Source of the DNA: Vicugna vicugna
Taxonomy: Eukaryota
Direction of reading: 5' to 3'
Length of the DNA stretch: 64,000 nucleotides
Assembly (NCBI GenBank): GCA_013265495.1
Contig: MU057744.1
Coordinates: 2,431,370 to 2,495,369 of the forward strand
The notes under the pieces are model-generated. The model was not told where the DNA came from and did no database searches. It saw only the letters and a program-made list of their open reading frames with translations. This document shows, piece by piece, positions 1 to 12,149 of this stretch (its first letter is position 1; each line of letters begins with the position of its first letter). The position numbers and the translations under genes are program-made.

Positions 1-439
1 CTAAAGCTTTTTTAGTTGGAGAAGGGAGGTCCTGGGAGGAAGGGGGTACACCTCCACCTTGAGGGATGGGAAGTCTCCAACGCCACTGCTTTCTTGTTTA
101 ATCCTACTGTGGCAGGTTTTCCCTGATCTGATCCCCCAGTTCTGTCCTCTAACCTCCTATCCACATGCACATGCCTCCACATGCAACTGGCCAGACTTTC
201 AGTGTTTGTCTTTCAGATATTCCTCAAATATATTTTCATATTGATGGATATCTACAAAAATAGGTAATTTCATTCTGTGTGGTTTTACGTGTCTGTTTAA
301 ATTTACTTTAACATGTAAAAAAATTACACGAGTGTGTTATGAATTTCATTTGGCTTTTACCTTTTTCACAAATAATTTTGGAAATGAACCCAAAATTTTT
401 CAAATCAATCTATTAAAATTCTTTTATTGCTGTATCAAA

Positions 440-1850
440 TTGCACTTGGGAAAAATGTGTTTTATCTACAGATTTCCAAACTGACACTTAATATGTCTCC
501 GATTTCTTTTCTGATTTGAATAATGCTGCAGCAAATATCCTTATAAATATTCTCTTGAATATTATTCTGAGCATATCTCTAGATATAGAAATGGAATTGC
601 TGGGCCAAGGGGCACATACATTTGCCGTTTTATAAGGTATTGCTAAATTTTTCCTCAAAGCAACGCCGATTTACTCTCTGGCCATGTGCTGCTGCCAGAC
701 TTAGTCTGCGCTTAGTTTTAATAATCTAGTGGATGTGTCCTTTTTAAATTTGCGTTTTTCTGATTTCTAGTGGACTGAGTAAATTTATCCACAAACTGTC
801 AGGTTCTGTTTGTCTATGCAATGCCTTTTTTTGTAAACTGTCCATTTTCTATTTAATGTGAGAGGGCTTTTTCTTTTTTTTGCTAGTTTGCAGGATTCTT
901 TTTTTTGCTTTGTTTTTAATAACATAATCTGGGTACGTGAATATAGCACATTTTCTCCCCGCCTGTCATTTGTTCTATATACTTGTTTATATTTTCTTCC
1001 TCATTTGTTTCTCTTTTCTTTATATTTTCTTTAAGGGTTTTTGTTGAAGTACAACCTATGACATACACACTGTTAACTGTGCGTATCCTACACGTATCGC
1101 TCCATGAACCTGCCCACCTGTGTGACCAGATCAAGAGATGGAAAGTGGCCAGCACTTCAGGTGCCTCCGTGAGACCCACCTCCGGCATCACCTCCACAAG
1201 GGAGCCACTATCCTTTTCCAAATGCAGTTCAGTTTTACCTGCCTTTGCACATTTTGTAAAGTGAGTTATGCAGCATGTACCCTTCTGTGTCCTTTGTTTC
1301 ACTCTTTTCCTTTGGGAGTCACATGTGTATTCATAGATTTAAGTTCATTATTTTTCCACTGTCATATAGTCTATTATTTGAATACACTACAATTATCATT
1401 CATATATTCTGTTTGTTTAACATTTTGGCAATTTAATTTTTAATACTGTTGCTATAAATTTTCTTGGACATATTTTTCAAAAGTGTTTTTACCACACATT
1501 TCCACTACTAGTGTTTCAGAGAATCAGTGCATGTGTGTGTGTGTTTCAAGTGCTCCAAGTTTTTTTTTCCCGTATAATTTTGTTGTATTTGGTTTACTAA
1601 CATATTGTTTAGGGTATCTCCACCTACACTGATAAGGGAAATTGCCCTTTAAATATATTTTTAGTACCTTTCTTGCCTGACTTTGATGTCAAGATAATAA
1701 TTTCATAAATTAAATATTTTACCTATCCTCTTTCTTCTACTTATTTCTATCCTTTAAAGGTTTGGCAGAATTGACCCATAAAACATCTGAGGACAAGTTT
1801 ATATTTTGAATTATCTTGTTGAATAATTTTAACTATTAATGCAACTTACT
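440..1850 (-). mobile_element. Old LINE-1 fragments (L1M type), antisense
   Basis: Antisense L1 3'/ORF2 motifs such as gctgcagcaaatatcctt...ggaattgctggg and ttggcagaattgacccataaaacatctg. Confidence 0.7.
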
Positions 1851-2657
1851 TAATGAGTAAGTGATATTACATTTCTCTTTCCCCATATTTTTCTAGACAA
1901 TTGTTCATTCCATCGAAGTTCTTAACATTTACGGTATGAATCTCTTGGGGGAAAAACCTAAAATGGGGATATGATAGGGTCTTTAAGCGAAAGAATGTTC
2001 TAGCAGGGGGAGCATTTGTTTCCTTAGAACAGAAATTTGATGCTGTGTTATTCATAGCCTGACACTTAAGTTTATTCATGGAAATTTGAATTTATAATTG
2101 TCATTGACCAAAATCACTCCTAAAACATACAGTATACTAGCACTCCTGTGATTTACATAGTCTGAATGTTTTGTTTCCTCAGGCTAAATATAAATCAATT
2201 TTTGATCAGATTGTATCTGGGGTTGCAATTAGATCTGTGTGGAAAATTACAGAATTATGTAGATGCAGATAAGAACATTTCAATCTGAATGAAATTATAA
2301 AAGCAGGTTTGCATTGATAAACCCTAGTGATTTCCACTGTTTGACATGCCAGAGTCATCATCTCTCACTCGGCTTCTGTCCCCAAAAGGCATTCTTAGGA
2401 AAACTGAGGAATGGTTACTTCCTGATCACACACACAAAATGCAGAGAGAAAAATCAATAATCTAAGACATTATTTAAGAAAAATAACATTAGAGTGTTGT
2501 GTAAATAATAGTTAAAATCTGCTGTGAGAGAAGGAGAAAAATTAGAAGAAAACAAGGGAGGAAAACTCTCAATTAGAGGAAGAAAAATCTAGCTTATTTG
2601 TAACATTTGTGTCTCTTTTTCCTCATTTGTCAAATAATGAAGTTGTGGTAGAAGATA

Positions 2658-2718
2658 TAGATAGGTAGGTAGGTAGATAGATGATAGGTAGGTAGATAGA
2701 TAGATAGATAGATAGATA
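2658..2718. repeat. Compound (TAGA/TAGG)n tetranucleotide microsatellite
   Basis: Directly visible tandem array. Confidence 0.95.
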
Positions 2719-2759
2719 CAATAGAATAAACAAAACCACTTTAAATTGGAAAATAAAGC

Positions 2760-3270
2760 CAAGCGCTTACATCACTCAATTTCCAGCATACTATAAAACT
2801 GCAGTCATCAGCACAGTGCAGTACTGGCAAAATGATAAGAAAGAAATTTACAGGTAAATGGAACTGAACAGAAAGTCCAGAAATATCTCATTTATAAATA
2901 GCTGCAAATGTAAATTCACTGGGGAAAGAAGAAACTTTTCAGCAGGAGGTGGCATACTTGAATTTCCCCATACAGACAACCAACCAACCTCACACCATAT
3001 ACAAAAATGAATTCAAGTAGGTCATATATCTGAACGTAGGCATTAAAACTGTAAAGCCTTTAAAGGCAACATAAGGGGAAATCTTAGCAATTTTAGGTTA
3101 GGCAAAGATGTCTCTGGTAAGATATAAACTGGATTTATATAAGAAGTATTCATAAGGGCCTCATCAAAATTAGGAACTTTTGTTCTATTGAAAATACTTT
3201 TAAGAAATGAAGATGCAAGTCAAAGACTGGGGAAAAAAACATATCCCATAATGCATTTGTACTTACAATG
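2760..3270 (+). mobile_element. L1 ORF2 3' fragment
   Basis: ctataaaactgcagtcatcagcacagtgcagtactggc and cctcatcaaaattaggaacttttgttc are typical of late ORF2. Confidence 0.75.
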
Positions 3271-3839
3271 TACTGAAAATATTTCTCACATCTCAACAGC
3301 ACTATGTGCACAACCTCAAGACAGAGACACGGCAAAGCAATTATTTACTTTCCTTCCTTTAGTGCCTAAGTGCCACCCAGTTAGTTTTTGCATTAGAGAG
3401 ACCGTAAGAAGTAATGTAAAGATACATTGTATATGACAAAGGCCAACTTCCACTTCAAAATCAGAAGTTATTAGCTACCCAACTGGCAGTTAAACATCAA
3501 CAAATTGCTCTTCCCTATGACCAACTGCCAGTCTCTAGTAATCACATGTATTACTTTCGATTCACAGCATGCTGAATTCTAATCCAGCAACAGACTTAAG
3601 AGCTAGGGAGTAGAAGGATATTTCTATTTTTGTTCTGGAATAATTCCTATTCTTAAATATAAAAAGCCACAAAAAGGAAGAACTATGAATTGCCGTCTTC
3701 AAAAAAATCAACGTAAGTATAAACTACATAATTAAAAAAATTCTTCTTGATGAAACAAATGGCAAATAAAATATATAAACATAGAATTTTCTAAAATATG
3801 GAGGGCACTGTTATTATTTTAAAATGTTAGGAGGGATTT

Positions 3840-4160
3840 TTTAATTAAAGTTTTTATTTTGACATAATTATAGGTTTGCATGCACTTGTAAGAAATAATA
3901 CAGAGAGATCTCAGATATGCTTCACTCATCTCCCCCAACGGTGACATCTTGCAAAACTGCAGTGCAGTGTCACAACCAGAGTCCCTCACGTTCCCCTTTA
4001 ACCGACATCCACTTCCATCCCTCCCCACACCTTCACTAGTAACCAATAATCGGTACTCCATTTCTAAACCTTTGTTAGTTCATGAAAGTCTATAAATAAA
4101 ATTATACAAATGATAACATTTGACATTGGCTTTTTTCACTCACTAAAATTTTGTGGGTAT
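3840..4160 (-). mobile_element. L1M 3'UTR fragment, antisense
   Basis: gtaagaaataatacagagagatc...cccccaacggtgacatcttgcaaaac resembles an L1MB/MC/MD-type 3' end. Confidence 0.75.
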
Positions 4161-5805
4161 GAAAAATACAATACAAAATTTTAAATGATGAATCAATACA
4201 GTAAAACAGCAATCCTCAATTGTATACACTTAATGATACATGTAAAAAATATGAAGTAATTCTTGACCAAGTGAAAGGAAGAGTAGACAGATTCATAATC
4301 CTGTGTGAAGCTTTTTAAACACCTGTTTTAGTTACTGAGCTGACAAGATGACCAAAAAAAAAATCAGTTAAAATATGGGAGATTTGCAGTGATTCTTAAT
4401 AAATTTGACACAGTTGATATTTTTAGAATGCACATTGAATACTGTAGAATATAGATCCTTTTCAAGTGTCTGTGGAACATTTACAAAAATAGACCACATC
4501 TTGGGCTCCAAAGCATGCATAAATAACTAGAAAAGATTGAAATCATTCAAGTATTTCCTCTGGTTTCATAGTATTTAAAGTAGAAATCAATATTGAAAAC
4601 TTAACTAGACAAATGCCTAAGTATGTGGAAAGCAAACAACAAACATAAAATAATTTGAGTCTAGAAGTAGAAGAGAAATAGAAACTATTTTGAATCTATA
4701 TGATAATAAAAATACGACATGGTAGAATTTTGGGATTAAGCTAAAAGAATTGACGAAAGGGAAATTTATATCTTATAAATACATGTATTAGAAAATCAGG
4801 AAGTTTAAAATCAACCTAGTTTTTACTCAAGAGATTAGAAAAATAAGAGCATTTTTTTATAATGGAGATGAATAATTGGTGAACTATAATTTCTACTGCT
4901 GGCCATGTTACTGCCTTTTCATCATAAAGAACTGAAAAGCTGGACCCTGTATATGAGACAGTAGTTTTCAGGCATTAGATTACAAGCAGTGTAAGACTGT
5001 AATTACAAAATAAAATGGAATCAAATGAAGTAACATTTAGGATGCACCTGGCTTTTCCTTTCTGTAAGTGTTCTAGACTGTAGAGTGGGCAGGCGGGACC
5101 AAGTAGAGCATGCTGGGATTGCACAAGTTAGCACAACAGGCTGGAGTTTATGAACGGTGGGTCGGCTGGAACTGACAGGGAGGAATACAGGCAAGGAGGA
5201 CGTTCATCTGAGAAACGTCCCCAGATATCTGCAGAAGACTCCCTGTGAATCTGCTACCGAAGAATGATCTGCACATATGTTGGGTGAAATGCAGCAGGTC
5301 AGGGAAAGGACTTCTGAGGATCTGTAAGCTAAACAATTCCAAGAGCTTCCCAGCCTGAGACTGCTGAGTCCGACAAACTAGAGGAGAGACATCGTGAAAT
5401 ACCCAGGCTGTACACTAGGGGTCCAGATAGCCCATCTCTGCGTAGGAGGGCTCGACTAGCCCTAGAATACAAAGGCTACTTTAAATCCGCTTTAACAAAG
5501 ATTTTAAAAAAGGTTAAAAATCCTGAATTGATTTGTAAGTTAATTAACTTCTTGCTGAAACAAATCCAATACTCTTTAACAGAATACAACAAAATCCAAG
5601 CACACAACAATGTTATAATCACAGTGTTCAGCATTTGATCAAAATTACAGGCAGGAAAGGAAGTGGAACTTGCAATCAATAACCAAAAAAAAAAAAAAAA
5701 AGCTTATAGAAACAGATGCAGAGAGGATGGAGTTGATGGAATTGGATAGTTCTAAAAGAACTAGTATAATAAGCATGCACCAGGATCTAGAAAAAAATTA
5801 ATATA

Positions 5806-6056
5806 TAGTTGACCCTGAACAACTTGGGGGTTAGGAGCACTGACCCTCTAGAGCTGAAAAGCCGCAGATAGCTTACAGTTTGCCCTCAGTGTATGCGCTG
5901 CCTACATCTCTGTGGTTCCTCTGTTTCTGTGGTTCACATTTGTGCATTCAACCAACCACACATCATGCATGTAGAACTTTAGTCTTTACAACTGAAAACA
6001 CTCTGAGTATAAGTGGACCTTAAGAATTCAAACCTGTGTTGTTCAAAGGTCCACCA
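5806..6056. mobile_element. TcMar-Tigger MITE (Tigger2a-like)
   Basis: Degenerate TIRs tagttgaccctgaacaac ... gttgttcaaaggtccacca, flanked by TA on both sides. Confidence 0.8.
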
Positions 6057-7069
6057 TATTGAAAAGGCAAATAGAACATTTCAAAAAGATCCTATGACTG
6101 ATGAAAAATACAGTCTCTCAAAAGAAAAATGTACTTGATGGAGTTAATGGCAGATTAGACACTGAGTAAGAAAAGAAGATATTTGAGCCTGATGATGTTT
6201 CCATGGAAAATATCCATACTGAATTACAAAGAGCAAGAAAGACTGAAAGAATTAAGTTCTCAATAACCTCATATTAGGCAGTAAATTATACGAGCAATGT
6301 GAGTCACATTGCTCATATAATTGAGTGGAGTGTTAGAAAAAATATTTTAAGAAATATTAGCAATTTTTATCAAATTGGATGAAAATTAGAAAACTACAAG
6401 TCAATGACCACAAAACAGATGAAAACAAAGAAAAACAGACCATGGCACATCATAATCAAATTGTGTAAAAACAACCGAAAAAATAGGCAGGGAATAAAGA
6501 ATACAATTCATAGAGAAAGAAATATAAGAATACCACAATCTTTCTACAAGAAGCAAAACAAGTCAAAATACAATGGGACAATATTTTTAAAGTGCTGAAA
6601 AAAGATTTGTTACCTCAACATTCCATACTGACAGAACATAGCCTTCAGAATTAGAGATGAAATAAAGACATTGGGATTCAAACAAAAGTTTAGAGAAAGA
6701 GTCAGCAGTAGATCTGAACTACAAGAAATTAAGCAAGAATTTTGCTAAGGGAAAAGAAAGCAATACCCAGTGGAAATTCGGATCTGCAGAAATACATGAA
6801 GAATGCTGGGAGTAACATGCATTTGGATACAATAAAAAGATTGTTTTCCTCATTAAAAAAAAATTCCTTAAAGAAATACTTGCTGTTAAAAGAAAAATAA
6901 TTTCAATGAAAATACACCATAATATTTTAACACACATAGAAAGAAGATATTTGACAAAACAGCAGTAGGAACAGGGTGAGGTGTGTGCAGGCGAAAGCCT
7001 GTTACATTGTACCTGAACTGACATGTTACAGGAGGTAGAGGATGACAAATTAACGATGCACATTGAAAC

Positions 7070-7272
7070 CCGTTACAGGGCTAGGTGGTAAGTGTTTTAG
7101 GCTTGCAGGCCACTCACTTTCTGTCTTATCTACTCAACTACTCAAGCACAAAAGACTCCTTAGGAAACCACACAGACAATATGTAAATTAGTGGGTTTGC
7201 CTGCGTTGCAGTAAAAGTTAATCTGCAAACCACACTGCCATCTCAAGGCCATCGTTACCACCCGCCGCCGCT
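7070..7272 (-). mobile_element. MER58A-like hAT-Charlie MITE
   Basis: Collinear with the recalled reverse complement of MER58A (gtaagtgttttaggcttgcaggcca...ctactcaact...agacaatatgtaaa). Confidence 0.7.
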
Positions 7273-8130
7273 GAGTAATGAATAAAAACTTCAAACGAAG
7301 GTTATAACCAATATGCCAGTAGGAAAGAGAGATGAAAAATTGATTATAAACTCAGTTCAACTAAAAATTCAGCAAAGAGGAAAAAGAGATTAGAGGAGAC
7401 AAAAAAAATTGGAAGTTTTAGAGTTTAATGCTTTAAAAAAACAAATAGCAAGATTTAAAGTCTGTAACATTGCACTGGTAACTTTATTACATGTAAACGT
7501 ACTAAACACTCGAAAGACATAGCAGGGACTATCAGACAGGATAAAGACACAAGACATATGTTGTCTACAAGGAACTCACTCCAAATATAATGATACAGAG
7601 CTAAAAGTTAAACGTAAAAATGTTAAATGTTAGAAGTAAAATGACGGAATAAGTAGTTTCATGAGAAAAATCATAAAAATGACAGTTCCTATATTAATTT
7701 CAGGAAAAAATGGTCTTTAAACAAGTAGTATTGCCGGGGATATAAACAGATATTTCCTGATAATAAAGGCTCAGTTCATTCTGATCACAGAACTATTCTA
7801 AATATGTATATATGCACCTAATAACTAAACTTTAAAACATTTGAAACAACAAGAATTGAAGGAAAAAAATGGACAAATCCAAAGTTAGATGTGAACATTT
7901 AACACTCTTCCTAGCATTTGATAGTATGACTAAAGTGAAACTTACAAAGCTTGTAGAAGCTTTGAACAATACTAGTAGTAACTGATGTTTATCCCCCCAG
8001 TAACATCAGAATGCACATCCTTTTCGGACGCATAGAAAACATTCACACACACAAAAGATCACACTCCGGGCAATAACACAGCTTCATAAATGCAAGAAGA
8101 TTTAAATCACAAACAGTATGTTTTCCAGTG

Positions 8131-8430
8131 TTCCAATTATAAGATAAATAAGTACTAGGAATGTAGTGTAAAGTGTGATTAATGTAATTAACACTGCTGT
8201 ATACTACATATAAAGTTACTATGATAGTAAGTCCTACAAGTTCTCATTACAAGAGAAAATTTGCTTTCCTTCTTTCATTTTACATCTGTGTATGATGATG
8301 GATGTTCACTAAACTAACTGTGATAATCATTTCAGGATGTATGTCAGTCAAATCATTATGCTGTGCACCTTAAACTTACACAGTGCTATACGTCAATTGT
8401 AACTCAGTAAAACTGGAAGCAGAGAAAAAA
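8131..8430 (+). mobile_element. Short 5'-truncated L1 3' end (L1MA9/10-like) nested in an older L1
   Basis: caaatcattatgctgtgcaccttaaacttacacagtgctatacgtcaattgtaactcagtaaaactgg followed by an A-rich tail. Confidence 0.8.
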
Positions 8431-9845
8431 GAATGCACTCCTAAATAGACTGTGGCCAAAGAACAAGACACAAGTGTAATTAGAAAATAATTTGAACTAA
8501 AATTGAATACCAATAACGCAAAAGATCAAAATCATGAGATACAGCTCAAGCAGAGCTTAGAGGAAATTTTGCAATTTTCAATGTTTATATTTCACTAGCG
8601 TAGAAAGGTCTAACGTCAGTATTTCCAACACGAGAAAGTAGAAAAAATAGTGTATATCAAACGTAACGTAAGTAGAAGAAAGAAAATGATAGAACTAAGA
8701 GTAGAATTTAATGAAATAGGAAAAGGACATGAATAGAGAAAACCAATGAAACCAAAAGCTTTTTCCTAAATATTAGTAAAATTGATGAACTCCTGATCAT
8801 GAACAAAGGACAAAGTCACAAACCACCAAATATCAGGAATGAAGGAAGGGATATGTCTGTAGATGTTACAGATAGTAATAGTATAATAAGAAAGTACTGT
8901 AAACATTTTAATGGAATTAATTTTGACAAATTATGTAAAATGAACCAATTTATTGGAAGACAGAAAAATTACTAAAATTGATTAAGATGAAATAGAAATA
9001 AACAATATGAAGAGTTTATATAAACTAAATTATAATTAATATAAAATTTTAATTAAAGATATTTAATTAATAATTAAATTCTGTCTAAAAGTATACATAA
9101 GGACCATATGGCTTCACTGGTGAATTCTTTTAATTATTTAAATAAGACATAATACCAAATATAAAAAAAGTTTTTTAGAAAAGAAGAAGAGTAAATAGTC
9201 TGCAAATTATTTATGAGGTCAATATTACCCTGCTATTAAAAATAAAGATATAATTACAGACCAATGTCAGCCATGACTCCTTAAAATATTTTAGCAAACT
9301 AAACTCAACACAAATACAGATGATACTTTATTGTGATCAAGTCGAGTGTTCCCAAATGAAAGCTTAACATTGGACAATGAGACTTACTGGCATTTATCAT
9401 GTTGACAAAATAAGGGAGAAAATCAAAAGCAACAAATATGTGGAGGAAAAAAATTAACCAATTCCAAGCCCATTTCAGATAAAAACTGTAAGAAAATTAG
9501 GAATGAAAGAAAATTTCTTTAGCTTTCTTAAGGGCTTCTATAGAACACTACAGCTAACATCATATTTAATGATGAAGTATTAAAAACTATCCTAAGAATA
9601 CCAACAAAAACGTGTGACTGCATGTACCACGTCCATCTGCAGAAAACACGATTATGTCCCAAAGTCTAAAAACAGCCACTGGAAGTAACATGTGAACTGA
9701 TCAAGATTGTATGTATAAGATGATTAGACAAAAATCAATTGCATTTCTGTATTTGAGAAATGAAATATTAATAAAACAGTAACATTCATAATTGCCATCA
9801 AAGGAAATATTTAGGAATGAATTTAATAAAATATTTGCAAGGATT

Positions 9846-11170
9846 GTGGTAACTTGGAAACAAAAAAGGCCTAAAAACCTGAAGGATGAGCCCTCTAGAT
9901 CTTCTCTGATAAGTAACAGGGCTTCAGATAATCTTAAAACTATTATCCCACATGCCTTTTGATTACTGGAATAAATTTCCATTGATTTCCATAATGCTCT
10001 TAAGGTTTTTAAATTAATTTTGCCAGCTTTGACTGGAAGGAATAGTGTTAGTACAAAATAAAAAGATGCCTTTGGAATGTCAAAGTTCTCCCCCGCAAAC
10101 ATGTGCGATATCTTGTGGAAAAGAAAGACTAAGAGCCCAGAGGCCAGAGCTCGGGGCCACGAAGACCCACTCCCAAGTTTGTGAGCCCTGACCCAGAAAA
10201 GGGCAATGAGCGCTTGGCTGGATTTCAGAATTGCTATGGACCAGTAATTGCTGTCAGCTTTACACTCCCTTCCCACACTGCCTTCACCTAGCAGTGTCTC
10301 TCGCGGTTCCTCTGTGTCTGCCCCGCCATTTTATGTTGGATAACTCCTACATCTAGTTCACACATTTTAAATGAAGTGAACTGGGACTCAGAGGTCCGGG
10401 TCTGGTGATACACCCAACAAACCTCATTAGCACATGGACCTGTTGTAGGGGTGGGAGCCCGGACTCTAACAAGCTGCAGTGAGTGACAGGATGAAACTGG
10501 GGGCTTTGAGCATTTTTCGCTTGTTTGTTTTGTTTTGTTTTTGTGTTTTCCTTTTCATGTGAGAGGGATGTGAACTGATTTGGCTAGAGAGCAAATTCTA
10601 CTTTCCAAAGATTCCCATCACAACACACTATTCATACACCTACACATACTTCTCAAAGTGTGGTATTCGCACTCCTTAAGTAGTGGCATGAAAGTTACTC
10701 CATCTTGAAACCGAGTTCACTTCTATGACTCTCCTGAGCAACAGAGTACAGCAGATGTGATGGTACAGGTCTTGAACTTTTAGGCCAGGTCATAAAATGC
10801 CATGCACTCCACCTTTTCTGGGGAATCTCTGTTCTTGGGACCCAGCCAACGTGTTGTGAGAAAGCCAAACACTTGAATAGAAAGACATCCTAAAGGTGTT
10901 TTGTCAGACAGCCCCGGGGGGGAGTCCCCTCTAATAGTCAGCCATTGTGATCAGAATTGTGAAGTGAAAAGTTTTCAGCTGATTCCATCCCTCAGCTGTC
11001 GTGACATCCTAACCTCCAGTTTGACCATAGGTAATGCTCTGTAGTTAACAGAACAGCTTTCCATGATGAGTTTATCCAACTTGTAGATTCATTGCCAAAA
11101 TAAGAACCGTTGTTACTTTAAGCCACTAAGTTTGGGGTCATTTAGCACACAGCAGTTGGACATACGGGCA
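9846..11170 (+). mobile_element. ERVL-MaLR: MLT1 internal fragment plus MLT1 LTR
   Basis: MLT-int motif gctggatttcagaattgctatggaccagt; LTR 3' end ttgttactttaagccactaagttttggggtcatttagcacacagca. Confidence 0.75.
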
Positions 11171-12149
11171 GAAGTTAACAGGAGTGTTTGATATCCCTAC
11201 TGAATTGAGATGACACACTTACCGTGTTAAACAGTGGATCTAAAAGCACATTTTTTAATTTCAGAAAAATTGTTTCTGAAATTAATTTAAAATGTTTACT
11301 GGCTGTGTAACACAATAGTTCTATACTGCACTTAAAATCACTTGAGGCATTCTATAGTCCTGTGTTAATAACCAGAAAGCTCTGTGGCAAACTGAGTTTT
11401 CAGTACCCATCCACTTACAAGGAAATCATCAACACCAGTTGTCCTTTAAATTCACAGAAAACTACTCAATTACTCACTTACTCACTTAGAGGAATTTTTA
11501 TGTGCCTTGAACTTTGCAGCTGAGTACTGGTACTGACATCATAATGAGCAGCTACTTTAATGTCAGTATATATATATATGTTTTACAGCAGGAGAGACAC
11601 TGAGGTGATGATACCAAAGATTCAGTCTGTCCTTGTAATTCTAGGCACCCTCCAAAATTCTTGAGAAGTACACATCAGTGACATAAGAATAAAAGTGTCT
11701 TAAAGTGACATTTTCCAAAAGTAATAAAAAATATTTGAGGAGGAGAGGTTAAGTGCCACTATAACTACTTCACTATTTTGCTGTGTAAGCAGTTATGTAA
11801 GTGCTCAGCAAAGTCTTAGATGGGTACCTTGTAAGTATAAGTTACGTGCAGAATAACATCATAAAGCGAATTACATAAAAAATTCATTTATATAAAATTA
11901 ATACCCTTGTGTATGACCCATATGGTATTTATTTTAGAGACACTTTTATAAATTAGTAAATAAATAACATTCATATCATAGAAGTCGACTAGCTCTGGGA
12001 GACTAAACAGGCACATGTAAGGTATACCACCATATATTATATTTACGGTTGTTTTTCAGCCTAGCAATCCCTATGTTGCAAGTATAAGATTAATGTTACC
12101 TAATCCCATAAATGTTTTTCCATAAATTACTGCTTTTCTTCCTCTTCAC

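Larger units (their letters stand above)
4170..9845 (+). mobile_element. Decayed L1M elements: an ORF2 endonuclease fragment, then a long 5'region/ORF1/ORF2 remnant with nested insertions
   Basis: A-rich sense strand with recognisable ORF1 (atggcacatcataatcaaattg), EN (atgttgtctacaaggaactcact) and RT-proximal (ggcttcactggtgaattct) motifs; no intact ORF. Confidence 0.8.

Noticed and set aside
9701..10276. Longest ORF in the window (191 aa) as a real protein
   Set aside because: It runs antisense across an L1/MLT1-int junction, has a non-ATG start and shows no recognisable domain.
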